DNA from: Paraspadella gotoi | Taxonomy: Eukaryota > Animalia > Chaetognatha | DNA: 64,000 bases | Assembly (NCBI GenBank): GCA_051294375.1 | Contig: CM119267.1 | Location: 18,020,992-18,084,991, forward strand | Direction: 5' to 3' | Shown here: positions 1 through 18,026 of the stretch, in pieces | Numbering within the stretch: position 1 is the stretch's first letter | How the letters are laid out: each line of letters opens with the position of its first letter | The notes under the pieces: generated by a model | The model's input: the letters and a program-made list of their open reading frames with translations, nothing else | Told to the model about the DNA's origin: nothing | Database searches by the model: none | Program-made: the position numbers and the translations under genes

Positions 1-6099
<6,099 letters not shown>

Positions 6100-8068
6100 G
6101 TTCTGATTTGGACAGAATGGAAACGAGAACTCGAAACAAAAGAATTGGTGAAACGCCTGAAGAAAAACCGGAACTAAAATTTTGACAGTGACTGCCCGGT
6201 ACAATTTGAACGAAGACTGGGTGATAGGTTTCTACCATAACAAAAACAACATCGATTCTCTGATTCGGAGACGGACTTTTTTACTTAATTTCTTTTGTTT
6301 AAGCTGTGCTATAAATATGAAGATTTTCCTTTCGCTGATATTCGAGCTTCACTCTCACTGCACGAATCACACTTCGAGATGCCCCGAGTGACGGACATAT
6401 ATATGCACTCAAATGCACGCATAATTTAAATTTGCATATTTAACGCATAATAATTTCAATATCTTTTCTCTCTCAAGCTCTTCCTTGATTTTTGTACCAT
6501 GACCCTTTAAATTATGTATTAATTTATCTAATATGGGTGGGGAAAATTTTGCAATTTATGAGAAAAAGTGTGAATATTCATGTATAGATATCCTTATGAA
6601 AAATATGAAAACTAAATCTTGTTATTATATGGTCTTCAAAAGAAGATAATGCAGGATCGCCCGATGCTTGAAAAACATGATTGAGCCGAAAACATTCATT
6701 GTGATAATTTTGTCGCGCCGATAGAGGGCCGGCGTTGACGCGTGTTGCTTTAATAACCGATGCTGTGAAACATGAACGGATTTAAAAAAAAATTGATTTT
6801 ATTTTCAAAAAAAAAACTTTGCCCAGACTCAAGACGTAGTACAGACAGTAAAGAATTATAATGACCAAATTTTAACAATTCCAACAAATCCCGTCTTATA
6901 TCCAAATATTTAAATGCCATATTAAAGTGATTTACTCTGTCCCTTTTTTAACGTATTCCACTTGGTCATCATGAAGCAAGTAACTGTGAATGAAATATAA
7001 TATTAATGATATAACTCGTTTTTGAATGATTTTGTTAAATAAAGTTATGATCAATCGTGCACTTCACCCGCTTTAGACGAGAAGCTTGTTAGATATTGGC
7101 ATATTTAAGATTCAGTAGTTTCCCCCTTGGAATAAATTTCATGAGTTCTTGTCGGATAATGCTATGAAACTTACGAATGAAATTTATTCTATGTATTAGT
7201 ACGCGCCGCTACATTTTAATTAGGCTGCTTTAAATGTTAATCTTTTATCCTTTTTACGTGCGTACAAAAGACATGATTTTTTTCAAATTTGGATATTTTT
7301 GTGGTTTTAATAACTATCAATAACTAGATTTTAACGTTTCGTAAGAAAATAAGTGTTGATTTCCAATTTTTCAAATTACGTATTTGTGTTTGTTTCCACC
7401 GAAACCTCATGTGTCATTTGTGAGTTACACAACTGTCATATGGATGCAAATATACAACATTCAATTAAATTTATTTTACTTTGGGCTAACAACTTACAAA
7501 ATTTTGACGTTTTGCACGAAGTTACTGTTAATAAGAAGCTAGCTATGTAATTTTTGAATTCATAATTGTTCTGCCTGTTCAGTGCTTTACTTATCAAATT
7601 TATCACGGACAACCACGAGTGAAGGCCGCAGGCAGTTTCCTTATCAAATGAAATTATCAAAAGAATTTCGCGATTAAATTTTTTTTGTCATTAAGCTAAG
7701 CCCTCGACGACCGCAACCAACCTCATGTACCACCGGTCGGTGTAAAATAAGCCAGCTTTGCCTATAAAATGAAGCAAATTCAAAAATATTTTTGCAAAAG
7801 CCGCAGAATTTTAAATGAGAATAAATAGCAAAATATCAAGCATAAAATACAATTGTCTTGATTTGTTAATTAAGAAAACAATTTTCAAGAAATGTAATCT
7901 TGAGATTTGAGTATTGATAATGTTATTAATGTTTCCCGGCCGTGTTCTTTTGTTGAACGCCCTCCGCTCGAGTTTCCTAGATTCTCCGACGTTCTCAAGG
8001 ATTTTTTTGTGGGCAGTTTTTGTCCTGTACGGTCTGGATTGGAGAAAAAAATCAGCCTCTCAGTCTGA

Positions 8069-8183
<115 letters not shown>

Positions 8184-8837
8184 AGCTAGAACTCTTTGAC
8201 ACAACCCGGGTCATGGGGATGAAAATGGCCGCTTACTTCTTATACGTATGTACGTATGTATTTTTTCTTCAGTCCCGAGAGCGGCATTAAATTAACGGCT
8301 CGATCAAGCCTAACTCTGCCTGGTGCGTACAAGTCGGCATCCGGTGGCGCGAAAGCGCGTTAGTCACACAACCGTCGGCGTCGTCGTTGCAACTGGTCAT
8401 CGACGGGGTTGTCTTCAAGGCCCCGTTTCGAACGGTTTTAATCACTATTTTTTAATACATAACGCTTATTAGTGATGTTGCCGTTAAACCGAAAAAATAA
8501 AACTTGAGCCGTCCGTCATCGGCAACATTTAAACCTCAAAAAGCATTACCAAAAGGACTAATTCTTACTTAGGTATACGTTACATCAGTTAACCGCAATG
8601 TATTTTGGTATAAAAATATTTGAATAAAAATATAAACCATTTTGACACAATTTCCAACCACAAAGCCCCCAAAGAATTTCATATTACTCATCTTTAAAAA
8701 AAAAAATTATCAATTTGATATTTTGCCGGAAATATTTTCAATTATTTCTTATTTAAAAGCTTCTGGTGAAGTATATTTAGAGAAGTCATGGAGCGGATGT
8801 TCAAGTAATTCGTTTGATATTGATCACAGGAGGATTA

Positions 8838-10981
8838 ATGGAGGATCCCGAGGCCGATCGCTTGATGGAGAACGGCGAGACATCTCTCGCGAGAACTGCT
8901 GATGAACGACAGGGTGAGTCGCCAACTCCGTAATTCATTAAAACCTTTGGACGAGCGACTCCTCACTTCCTCCGGTTCCCCCCCCCTCCAGCCTCCCAGG
9001 GAACTTCTTGGTACGTCGCCGTCTTCCTCGTAGTCAACGCCGCTTTAGGCTCGGCTTTTCTCAATTTTCCGCGCGCCTTCGACGAGGCGGGGGGCGTCGC
9101 TTCTGCATTAGGGATGCAGAGGTGATTGGAAACTTCTCGTGTTGTCTGTAAATTTGGGGCTTATTAAAAGCAATTTCATGAGCGAGCCTTTTTTACCTGA
9201 TTTAGTGGGTTGCTGGTGATTGCTTCTGGAACTTTGATCATTTTGGCCTTCTGCTCTGACGCTTGCAAATCGGCCACCTATCAAGACGTCGTCTTGGCCA
9301 CTGTCGGCAGGAAAGTCGGCACATTTTGCTCTTTCGTAATCTTCGTCTACTGTTTCGGAACCTGCATTACCTTTTTAGTCATTATCGGTAAGACGAAAAA
9401 CACGGCGGGTGGAAGTTGATCATTTAAGGCTACCGAGCTCTGGTAGATTCATTACTGGTAAAAACTTTTACGCAGTTCACATATTTTGCGTGACCTTTTA
9501 GGGGACCAATGGGACCGATTCTTTTACTCATTTACTGGCGATCAATACTTCTGCCACAAGTTTTACATGGATCGTCGCTTCACCATCGTCGTTTCCTCCA
9601 TCTTTTTTATCCTTCCATTTTGCTACCCGAAGCGCATCGACTTTCTCAAGTATGCCAGCGCCGCCGGGGTTCTCGCCAACGTATATCTCGACTTCCTCCA
9701 AGTTTATCTCTATTACACGGGTAAGTCGAATCAGTTTTCCCAATAGAGTAAATTGAAGAGGCAAGATGAAAGTTTCTTGTTACATACAATTAAAGGTGAT
9801 TACGCCAACCAAACCGGTGAAATCAAGACTTCTCCCCGAAGTTGGACGGACCCTTTTCTGGTTGCTCCGACCATCTTCTTCGGCTACCAATGCCACGTTT
9901 CAGCGGTTCCCATCTACTCATGTCTTCGGAAACGAACGATTGGTGAATTCCTGAAAACAGTATTGACGGCTATGCTGGTCTGCGCTGTCACTTACTCAGT
10001 CGCCGCGACATACGGGTAAGACGCCCTTTTGAAGAAATTTGTATAATTACTGGGTTGAGCTCAGCTTTACATCGTTTTAAATCGATTTGGCGCCAAAAAA
10101 AAAAAAGTTTCTCGTAGGTATTGGACTTTTGGATCGAACGTCGATCCTGATGTTCTTTCTAACTACAACGCCAAAGACCCTCTAGTACTCGCCGCCCTCA
10201 TTGCCATGGCCTTCAAGACCTACACCACGTACCCCTTGATCATTTTCTGCGGGAGGACGGCCTTTGATTCGCTATGGACCAGCTCCTGGCGATTGAGCGA
10301 AGACGAGGCCCAGGCTGGCGAAAGGAGGAGACGGGTGACGCAGGTTTCGATCTGGTTTCCGGTCACGCTCCTGGTCGCTGCCTTCGTGCCGGGTAGGTTT
10401 TACTCTGGTTTGCCTTGGTTTTCCATGAATTTTTTACGTAAGAAAGAAAGAAAGAAAAAAACTAAGGCGGAAGGCAAACTTGCACTGTTAAGAAAGTAGC
10501 GAGATTGGACTTTCAATTTAAACTAAAATGTAAAATATTAAAATATCAAGGAGTGTTGTGATCTAATTGACCCAACTTCTGAATAATCCCTCTTTTTCAT
10601 CAAAACTAAGGCATCGAATTCGTGATTCCGGTTCTCGGTGGATTCGCCGCTTTCTTCGTTGTCATCTTCCCCGCTCTCTGTCTTTTGGAACTCTCATTAA
10701 AAATGGGCGATCAACTTGGATCGTCAAAGGACAAGGAATCCGAATCTGCCTCTGTCGACTCAACTCCGTCGCCGTCGCCGTCGCCCCCAAACCACGCCAT
10801 TCAGAACGAGAACGACACCACCGCCGTCTTCGTTCGAGAGACGCGCCAACGCCAGAAGTTAAAGCAAAAGGCGTTACTAGCGACGGCGCTCTTTCTCACT
10901 GTTTTTGGCGCCTTTATGTTTGGAATTATCGGTACAAACAGCGTCTTGGATATCGACTACAAGCAACCGCTTTGCCAATGA
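8838..10981 (+). CDS. SLC38 family (SLC38A7/A8-like) amino-acid transporter, multi-exon
   Basis: Exons translate to GTSWYVAVFLVVNAALGSAFLNFPRAF, YCFGTCITFLVIIGDQWDR, ILPFCYPKRIDFLKYAS, PTIFFGYQCHVSAVPIYS and YPLIIFCGR, which are Aa_trans hallmarks. Many TM segments; GT-AG introns. Confidence 0.88.
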
Positions 10982-11958
10982 ACATTTTTTTTCTTTTAAT
11001 ATTTTGTCTCCACCAAGCTGGCTTGGTATATGTAATTATAGGTGATTGTTTTTAGAAATTCTAGAAATTACATGACTTGTTAAAATTTGTTAAGCCTCCT
11101 TTTTGAAACATTCCCCAATTTGTTACAGATGATTAACTAAGAATTTTTAAACTTGTGTTAAGAAGTTTAGCTAAGTTGCGCTTCCATCTTCTTCGTGTTC
11201 AAAAGTGAGGGTTCACTTCCGCGGAGAAAGATGTCAAAAATTCACTTGGAAATCGAGAGACTCTGTTTCTTTAAACTGGAGATTCTCAACTTTCTCAAGC
11301 ATCATATCGGGTACATGCCGAAAGTCGCCACCATTCGGAGAGTGCCCTCGCCAGACTGATCTGTGCAAAATAAAATGGATTGGAAGATGAAAAAACGTGA
11401 AACTATTCCTGTGGATTCATCTCTTAGTTTTTGGCTGTGACTGTCAAAAGATTTTTAAGATAAATATCACAACCAAAAAAAAAAACAAAAAAAACCAAAC
11501 AAAGGCGGTAAAATTAACCCCGATACCACGAGATTTTACAAAAAATCTGTGATTTATTGCAAACACTTGTCATACTGTCTCCATCTGTGATTGCTGGGAA
11601 CGTCGACTCCAGCATAATGCCATTAACCATGCGTTGGTGAAAATATAAGGCGAAAAGGGGGAACTTTGTGATTTGTAAATTTGTACAAAAATAATTACCT
11701 ACGGCTTCCACCATACGCAAACTCTATGTAAAAAAAATCCGTGCAACCGGAATAAAAAAATATATACCTATAAATCACTTGTTGGCTGTGTTCCACCAAA
11801 AAAAAATAAACATAAATCCGATATCAACATCAACCCTAAAAAGAAGCGAGATGTTCACTTAAAAACAAACTTATATGTTGACAAAATTCTCGACCTGATT
11901 ACTTGCGGCGTCATTTATTCAAACGCTTCCAAAATAATTTACATTAAACGTTTTTGTA

Positions 11959-14900
11959 ATGATGGCATTTTCGATGGATTCTATGGAGGCTGCCCGAGCG
12001 GCTTTGGCGCTGACCGAGGTCTCTGGCCCATCCCTTGTCGCTTCTAAAGGTAGTGTAATATTTTTTTTGTTAGTTTCTCAGCCCCCATAATTGTAGAAAG
12101 AAGGTGTTGAAATGATTTTGAAATATTATTTTTTTAAATCGGAGGTCTGTTTTTCCTCAAGGTTTGCCTATGCCGCCCGGGTTCTCGTCGAAGGACGATA
12201 TGCACCTTCCACATACTAGTGGAATTCCGCTTGTTGGCGGCGTCGGAATCGGCCGAGGAGGCGGACTTCCACTTAGCGGTGGCGGAAAGGAAGCAATGCC
12301 CGGCCTTTCGGGTCTTTCAAACTTTGGCATGGCTAAAGAAGGAATGCACGTGCCCGGCCTGCCACCGGCTTTGGGATCGGGCAAAGAAGGTAGGAAGTTC
12401 TTTCTCTCCGCCATGTTCGCGTTTTGCTTTTCGTTAGTTATTTGTATGTCAAATACAATCGCTGCGATTGATGGTGCCGGTTTGACTTCAGGGGGCAACA
12501 TTTCTTACGCAGGGATGCAATTCTTCGGCGGGTTGCCGACATCCCTCGCTTCCAACAAGGACTCGATGCCGCTACATAGTATGTTTGTTTTGCATGCGAC
12601 TGTGACCTCGGAGAATATTGTTTTTAATCTTCTTAATCTTAATTTTCATGCCATTCATTCAGGTATGCATATCACGGGAATGATTCCGACTTCTCACGGT
12701 TCCAAAGACGTTCACCATCACCACCACCACCATCATCCACAGTCGGCGGAAATGAATTCTCATGGAGGTAAACTTAATTAAGAAAGATTTATTTCTGTTG
12801 GCCATCGCCCGAAATAACTCCCTAATACCTCTAAAGCCATGCTCCCCGGAGTTGTGACTTCGTCACAGGGTGACGCCAAAGAGGTGGTTCACCACCATGC
12901 ACACGACGCTAAGCAGGAAGCAGCTATGCAGCTGTCCTCGGCCGAAGTGACGTCGTCCTCCACCAAGGCGGACGCTCTTCAGCAACACGCCGCCATCAAT
13001 AAGGGACAGATGACGGAGGCTAATAACATGGATATTGGCAAGAACATGCCGCCGCCCGGGGTCAATTGGGGGATGCAAGGTGAGGACGGCGCTGAGGAGT
13101 TATTCCCCTTTCTTCCGTTTGAATTATCACAATGACTCCAATCGCAGCCACGAATCACACACCCCCTCCGAATTCCGTCAATCGAGGGCGTGGTCGACCA
13201 AGAAAGGACGAATCCACCCAGTCCGTTTTCCCAGGGTGAAATGAATGCATACATATGACATTGGCTTGATTACCTTCCACAGTCACCAACGAACTAATAT
13301 TTTCTTTTTTAACTACTTCAGTCGTATGGTTTGCTACTGCGGCGGTCGTCCCTTGAATCCAACAAACGATAAAATGTTATCCAATGACCACAATGCCCAT
13401 TCTGGGGTAGGTTATGAATAAGAGACAAAGCCCGATATAGCCTCTTTTCGCATTTCAATTTCTAATATTTTAGGCTTAATGATTTTCGTTTTGAACAGCA
13501 ATTTCAACTGTCGGATCAAAGCCAACAGCCAATGATTGGAACAGAGAGCGAATCTCACGCGAAATCTTCAATCGCGTCGAACTCATCGAGCAGCGCGAGC
13601 GGGCAGGTGAGAATGCGGTCACGTGCTAATCAATTTATGGCGACAATAGTATTTAAAAAAAAATATTCCCCTCTTCAACCACAGCTGATGGTTGCCCCTT
13701 CCCGTTGCGATGTATGTGGGAAACTCTTCAAGACGAAAGGGTTGCTCACCCAACACATGCTCGTTCACAACAACATTAGGAAACATGTTTGCGTATTCTG
13801 TGATAAGGCATTCAAGCAACAGGGTCACTTGGAAACGCACACCCGGACGCACACGGGCGACCGCCCCTTCAAGTGCTCTATGCCAGATTGCGACAGGAAA
13901 TTCACCCAGTTAGCCAATCTTCAGAATCATTTGAGAAACCATGACAATCCCAGAAAGCGGGGTCGGAGAAGGGGCGACGGCATGGCGGCGGCTCACGCGG
14001 CCGCCCTCACGCTGGCCACGGGTCTCCAGCCGGTGACTCACGCCCAGTGGATCCAGGGGATGGGGATCCGTCTCGAAAACGGCGAGTTCCAGTCCATCAA
14101 GGACGTTAAGGTCATGGACGGGCCGCTGCAGCAGCCACCGCAACAGCAGCAGCAGCACGGGCATCAGCAGCAGCAGCAGCCTAAGATGATGGCCTTCCGA
14201 GGGAAGGGGCGTCCGCGTAACGAGGACAACAAGATTGAGTCTCAGTGCTACTCTTCCCTGCCGGGAATCTGCGGTGAGACGGTGACGTTGCAGCTACTGG
14301 GATCCCCGGACGGGGATCCGAGCAAGAAGCAACAGCAGCACTTGGGGATGAAGGAGAATGAGAGCAACAACGCCCCCTCCGCCGGCGGCGGACTGGATCA
14401 ACAGTCGTGCAATCATCACGTCAACCCCGCCGATATGGCGGCCGACGTGGTGACCCCTTCCCCGTCCGACAGCCTGCACTCAGTTGGCAAGCAGCAAATG
14501 GTCGCGGGCATGTCGGACATGAGCCCCATCCCTTCCGAATCTGGACACGTTCATGTTCATGGAGATCACTCAAAGCACATGGTGCCCATGCACCCTGTCG
14601 CTTGTCCCGAATGCTCCAAAATGTTCACGAATAAAGGGTTGCTTACGCAGCACATGCTGGTGCACACCAACAAGCGAAAACATGTTTGTTCATTTTGTGA
14701 AAAAGCATTCAAGCAGCAAGCGCACTTGGACACCCATTTGAGGATTCATACTGGTGTCCGTCCGTTCAAATGCAGCATGCCCAATTGCGAGAGGACTTTC
14801 ACTCAGTTGGCCAATCTTCAATATCACATACGAAACCACGACAGCCAGCTCAGGCGGGCCGCGGCGTCCATGCGAGAGAGGGTCAGGTGCCCTATCTGCT

Positions 14901-14980
14901 TCAAGGCCTATGACTCCACCCCGGCGTTAGAAAGACACATGTACGAATTTCACAAGATATACGACAGACCGCGAAATTGA
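11959..14980 (+). CDS. C2H2 zinc-finger transcription factor (two 3-finger clusters plus a C-terminal finger), low-complexity multi-exon N-terminus
   Basis: Last exon has 7 C2H2 motifs with HTGDRPF/HTGVRPF linkers. Upstream small exons are Gly/Met/His-rich. The start codon and N-terminal exon structure are less certain. Confidence 0.85.
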
Positions 14981-15233
14981 TGTGAATTTTTTTTCCTTCT
15001 AATTATAAGCATGATATACTCCTTGTAAACTCCACACAACAACACAGTGTCCCACCATTGTCTCCACGCCCGACCGAAAAACGCACCCCTCCCTTACAGA
15101 ATATTTTCGTTTGCGTTTTTGGTTTCGATTTAAAGTAGAAATTGTTTACAACTGTGAAACGTTTGTATACATTTCTTTGTGCTTTTGTGCGCACGATTTA
15201 TTATCGTGTGGATGTTCTGTGTTTCAAGCCAAA

Positions 15234-15236
<3 letters not shown>

Positions 15237-15303
<67 letters not shown>
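15237..15303. repeat. poly(T) homopolymer
   Basis: About 67 consecutive T downstream of the zinc-finger gene. Confidence 0.95.
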
Positions 15304-15305
<2 letters not shown>

Positions 15306-16589
15306 GGGCGCGACAAGACTCTCCAAGCGAGTTTATTTAGCCTTAATCGTCTTGAGCGATCCGCGAAACATTCGACGACTTTTTACTTGTTTTTTTTTTT
15401 AGCTTTCAGCAGTTCATCAAATTTTTATTTTAAATTTGAGCATGAAACCCCACACCTTCAGTACAGAAAAGACAATCTTCTTTTTTTTATGGCATATGGG
15501 CTGTTCTAAGTCTAGCGAATCTCACCTATACTATATCCATCTATTTAACTCCCGTTAAATATTTAAAAATTCTTGACACTTTCTAAATTCAGTCAAACCA
15601 AAGTTATTTTCTTTATTTACTTCGAGTCATTTTTTTGGGAATAAAAACCTGTTCTTGGACCGAATTGTCTAATGTGATTTTTCGTATATATATATATACT
15701 AATCGTGATACAAGCTACACACAAACGCTAATTAGAACTAGATTTACTTTATCCCCATATTTCCCCTTTCCCCTTCTATCACCTTCCATCTCCCTTCTCA
15801 TCTACCGCATAGAAATTCTTTTTCTCTATCTCGCTCTCTCTCTTTTTAACCTGCACTCTGCATAATGCTAGCGTCTCAGCTTAAGAACTCGATATTATTA
15901 ACTTTGTGTAGTTATTTTAACCAGTCTTGTCAAAAAAAAAAAAATCTGTACTAGAGTTCTCAAATTCATCAAACTTGTTTCTGTTTTTCTGCATAGGATG
16001 AAAGTTTATATTTATTTTTTGTTCTTACCTAGATGTAAATAGTATTGTTTAAATGCTTAAAAATATGAAATTTCATTCCTCACTGCACGTTGGTGGGTTT
16101 AGTACTCTTTTAATGGACATTTTCGTAGAGAATACTGGAAACCGCTGATTATTTCGTACGATTTCGCATCGTAGGCGTCTTCCCGTGCGTTCATATTCTG
16201 AAGCCGTTGTAAGGTTACACAATTACCGAAACATTTTTTATCCTACGTACGTATCCTACAACAATGACTTGATTACCTCGGACCTATGCAGTCCGTTGAT
16301 GAATTTGGGAACACTCCTTATAAATAAATATTTAACTTGTTTGAAAAGGATTTATTATTGTCCCATCAGTTAAATCGACGAGTCAAAAATGTTTATTATT
16401 ATTACATTTATTACCATTACTATTATTATTCTTATTTTCCTTTGTTTTTCGTTGTTCAGTTTATTTTTAGGCGAACAAATCCTGCTTGTAGACTTAGTTT
16501 ACATAAAAAGATTTTATCGTTTGCATAATCACTTGTGATCATTTACAGTCGAGTCAGTAAAAAAAAAAAAAAAACTAACTTCTTGTATC

Positions 16590-17900
16590 ATGACAGAATA
16601 CGAGAACTATAGTATTAAAGCCAAAAATTACGATGCGACTCGTGTGCCAGCCGGTTTAAAAACCATATTCTCACTCATCGAATCGACTGTTTCTGCCCGA
16701 GTTTTGGACGCCGGCGCCGGAACCGGAAATTATGCGTTTCCCGTCGCTGAACGCGGTGCACACGTTTCCGCTCTGGAGATCAATGAAGGAATGATTGAGC
16801 AGATGCAGGGGAAAAAAGAAGCTCTCGACAACCTCGAGGGAAAGGTTGATGTCGTTAAGCATTCCTTGTTGAAACTTCCGCTCCCGTTTGAAGATGATAC
16901 TTTTGATTTAATAATGCTTAATCAGGTAAAGATATTGATTAATTTAAACAAAAAGATGCAGCGTTTTATTATTTTTTTTCTAGAAGAAAACTTAATTATA
17001 GGTGGCTCATCATCTGGATGCTGAAGCACCATTCTCGAACTTGTCGAAACTCATAACCGAGTTCTATCGAATAATGAAACCTGGCGGTCGATTTTTTATG
17101 AGTACCGTTTCTAAAAAACAAGGAGAGGGATTTTGGCTAGCGCCTTTTCTTGAAAGGCTTAATTTGAGTGATCGCCTAGTCCCCAATAGGGTAGCCCCGG
17201 TTGAAACGGTGAGAAATAAATTTAAATTATTTTATTTTCATTAATAATAAATATAATTTGTTTGATTTAAGGTGTGCACCATGCTTTTTGACAATAAGTT
17301 CGTGGATGTTCAACAGATAGTAGACCACGAATTAAGTAAGTATTAAGATATAATAAACTGTGGCAGCACAGCTTAAAGCTGTCTCACTGCTGTCCGTCCT
17401 CAGCCTCGTCTCAATGGCTGAGCAGGCTAAATCTTCTCTTGTCAACCGTGCGTCCCGGGTTCAATCCCTTGGTATCTCGGTTCTGGCTTAAATGTGACGG
17501 AGCCGGTTTAAACATGCCAGTGACAGGAGGCGGTCTCTGAGGGTCCACAGCCCCTACGACAGTTTGTGAGATACCTCGAGCCCCGGGTTTCACGGTCAAT
17601 CCTCCCGTTGCCATAATATGCGTTGTCGTAGATATATAATGAATTATTTCATATTTAATTTTGAAAATTTCTTTATCAGTTTTTGGGGTTCAATATTTCA
17701 ACTTTACTAGTCTCTTTGACGACCGTTATCGTGCTGGGAACAGCATGTATGCCCGTTTCACTGAAGCCGAGTTAAAATCACTTATTGACTTGGTGCAATA
17801 CGAGATGCTCGAAGGCGATTTCATAAAAAATATTTATGAAGCGGAAAAAAAACGGAAAACGAATGGACATTCTGTTGTTATCATCGCAAATAAATTATAG
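16590..17900 (+). CDS. Class I SAM-dependent methyltransferase (Methyltransf_11/UbiE-like), copy 1, 4 exons
   Basis: Motif I VLDAGAGTG, post-I ALEINEGM, motif II LPFEDDTFDLIML, motif III FYRIMKPGGRF. Introns at ~16926-17001, 17208-17271 and 17336-17679. Confidence 0.85.
17358..17632 (+). mobile_element. tRNA-headed SINE-like element in intron 3 of methyltransferase copy 1
   Basis: GC-rich island in an AT-rich intron. Pol III A box TGGCTGAGCAGG (17415-17426) and B box GGTTCAATCCC (17458-17468), with a GTC anticodon-like loop between them. Similar AGATAT(AT)AAT flanks on both sides. Confidence 0.55.
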
Positions 17901-18026
17901 CGGGATTGCACTCTACGTTGTACGCACTGCGTTTTCTGTTGATTATTTCCAATTGGGTGATTCTTTTTTTTACTGTTGATTTATTGGTTGACCTTTTAAA
18001 TCTTTTACAATTTTTTTCTAGCCAAA

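Noticed and set aside
8270-8420. Partial resemblance to RNase MRP motifs (AGTCCC, GAGAG, TAGTCAC, ACGGGG) and an AAGCCTAA telomerase-template-like 8-mer
   Set aside because: CR-I lacks GAAA, the spacing is wrong and there is no upstream P1-P3 domain; the 8-mer is expected by chance.
15237-15303. poly(T) as a retroposed poly(A) tail
   Set aside because: No TSD or recognisable element beside it; the length may be an assembly artefact.
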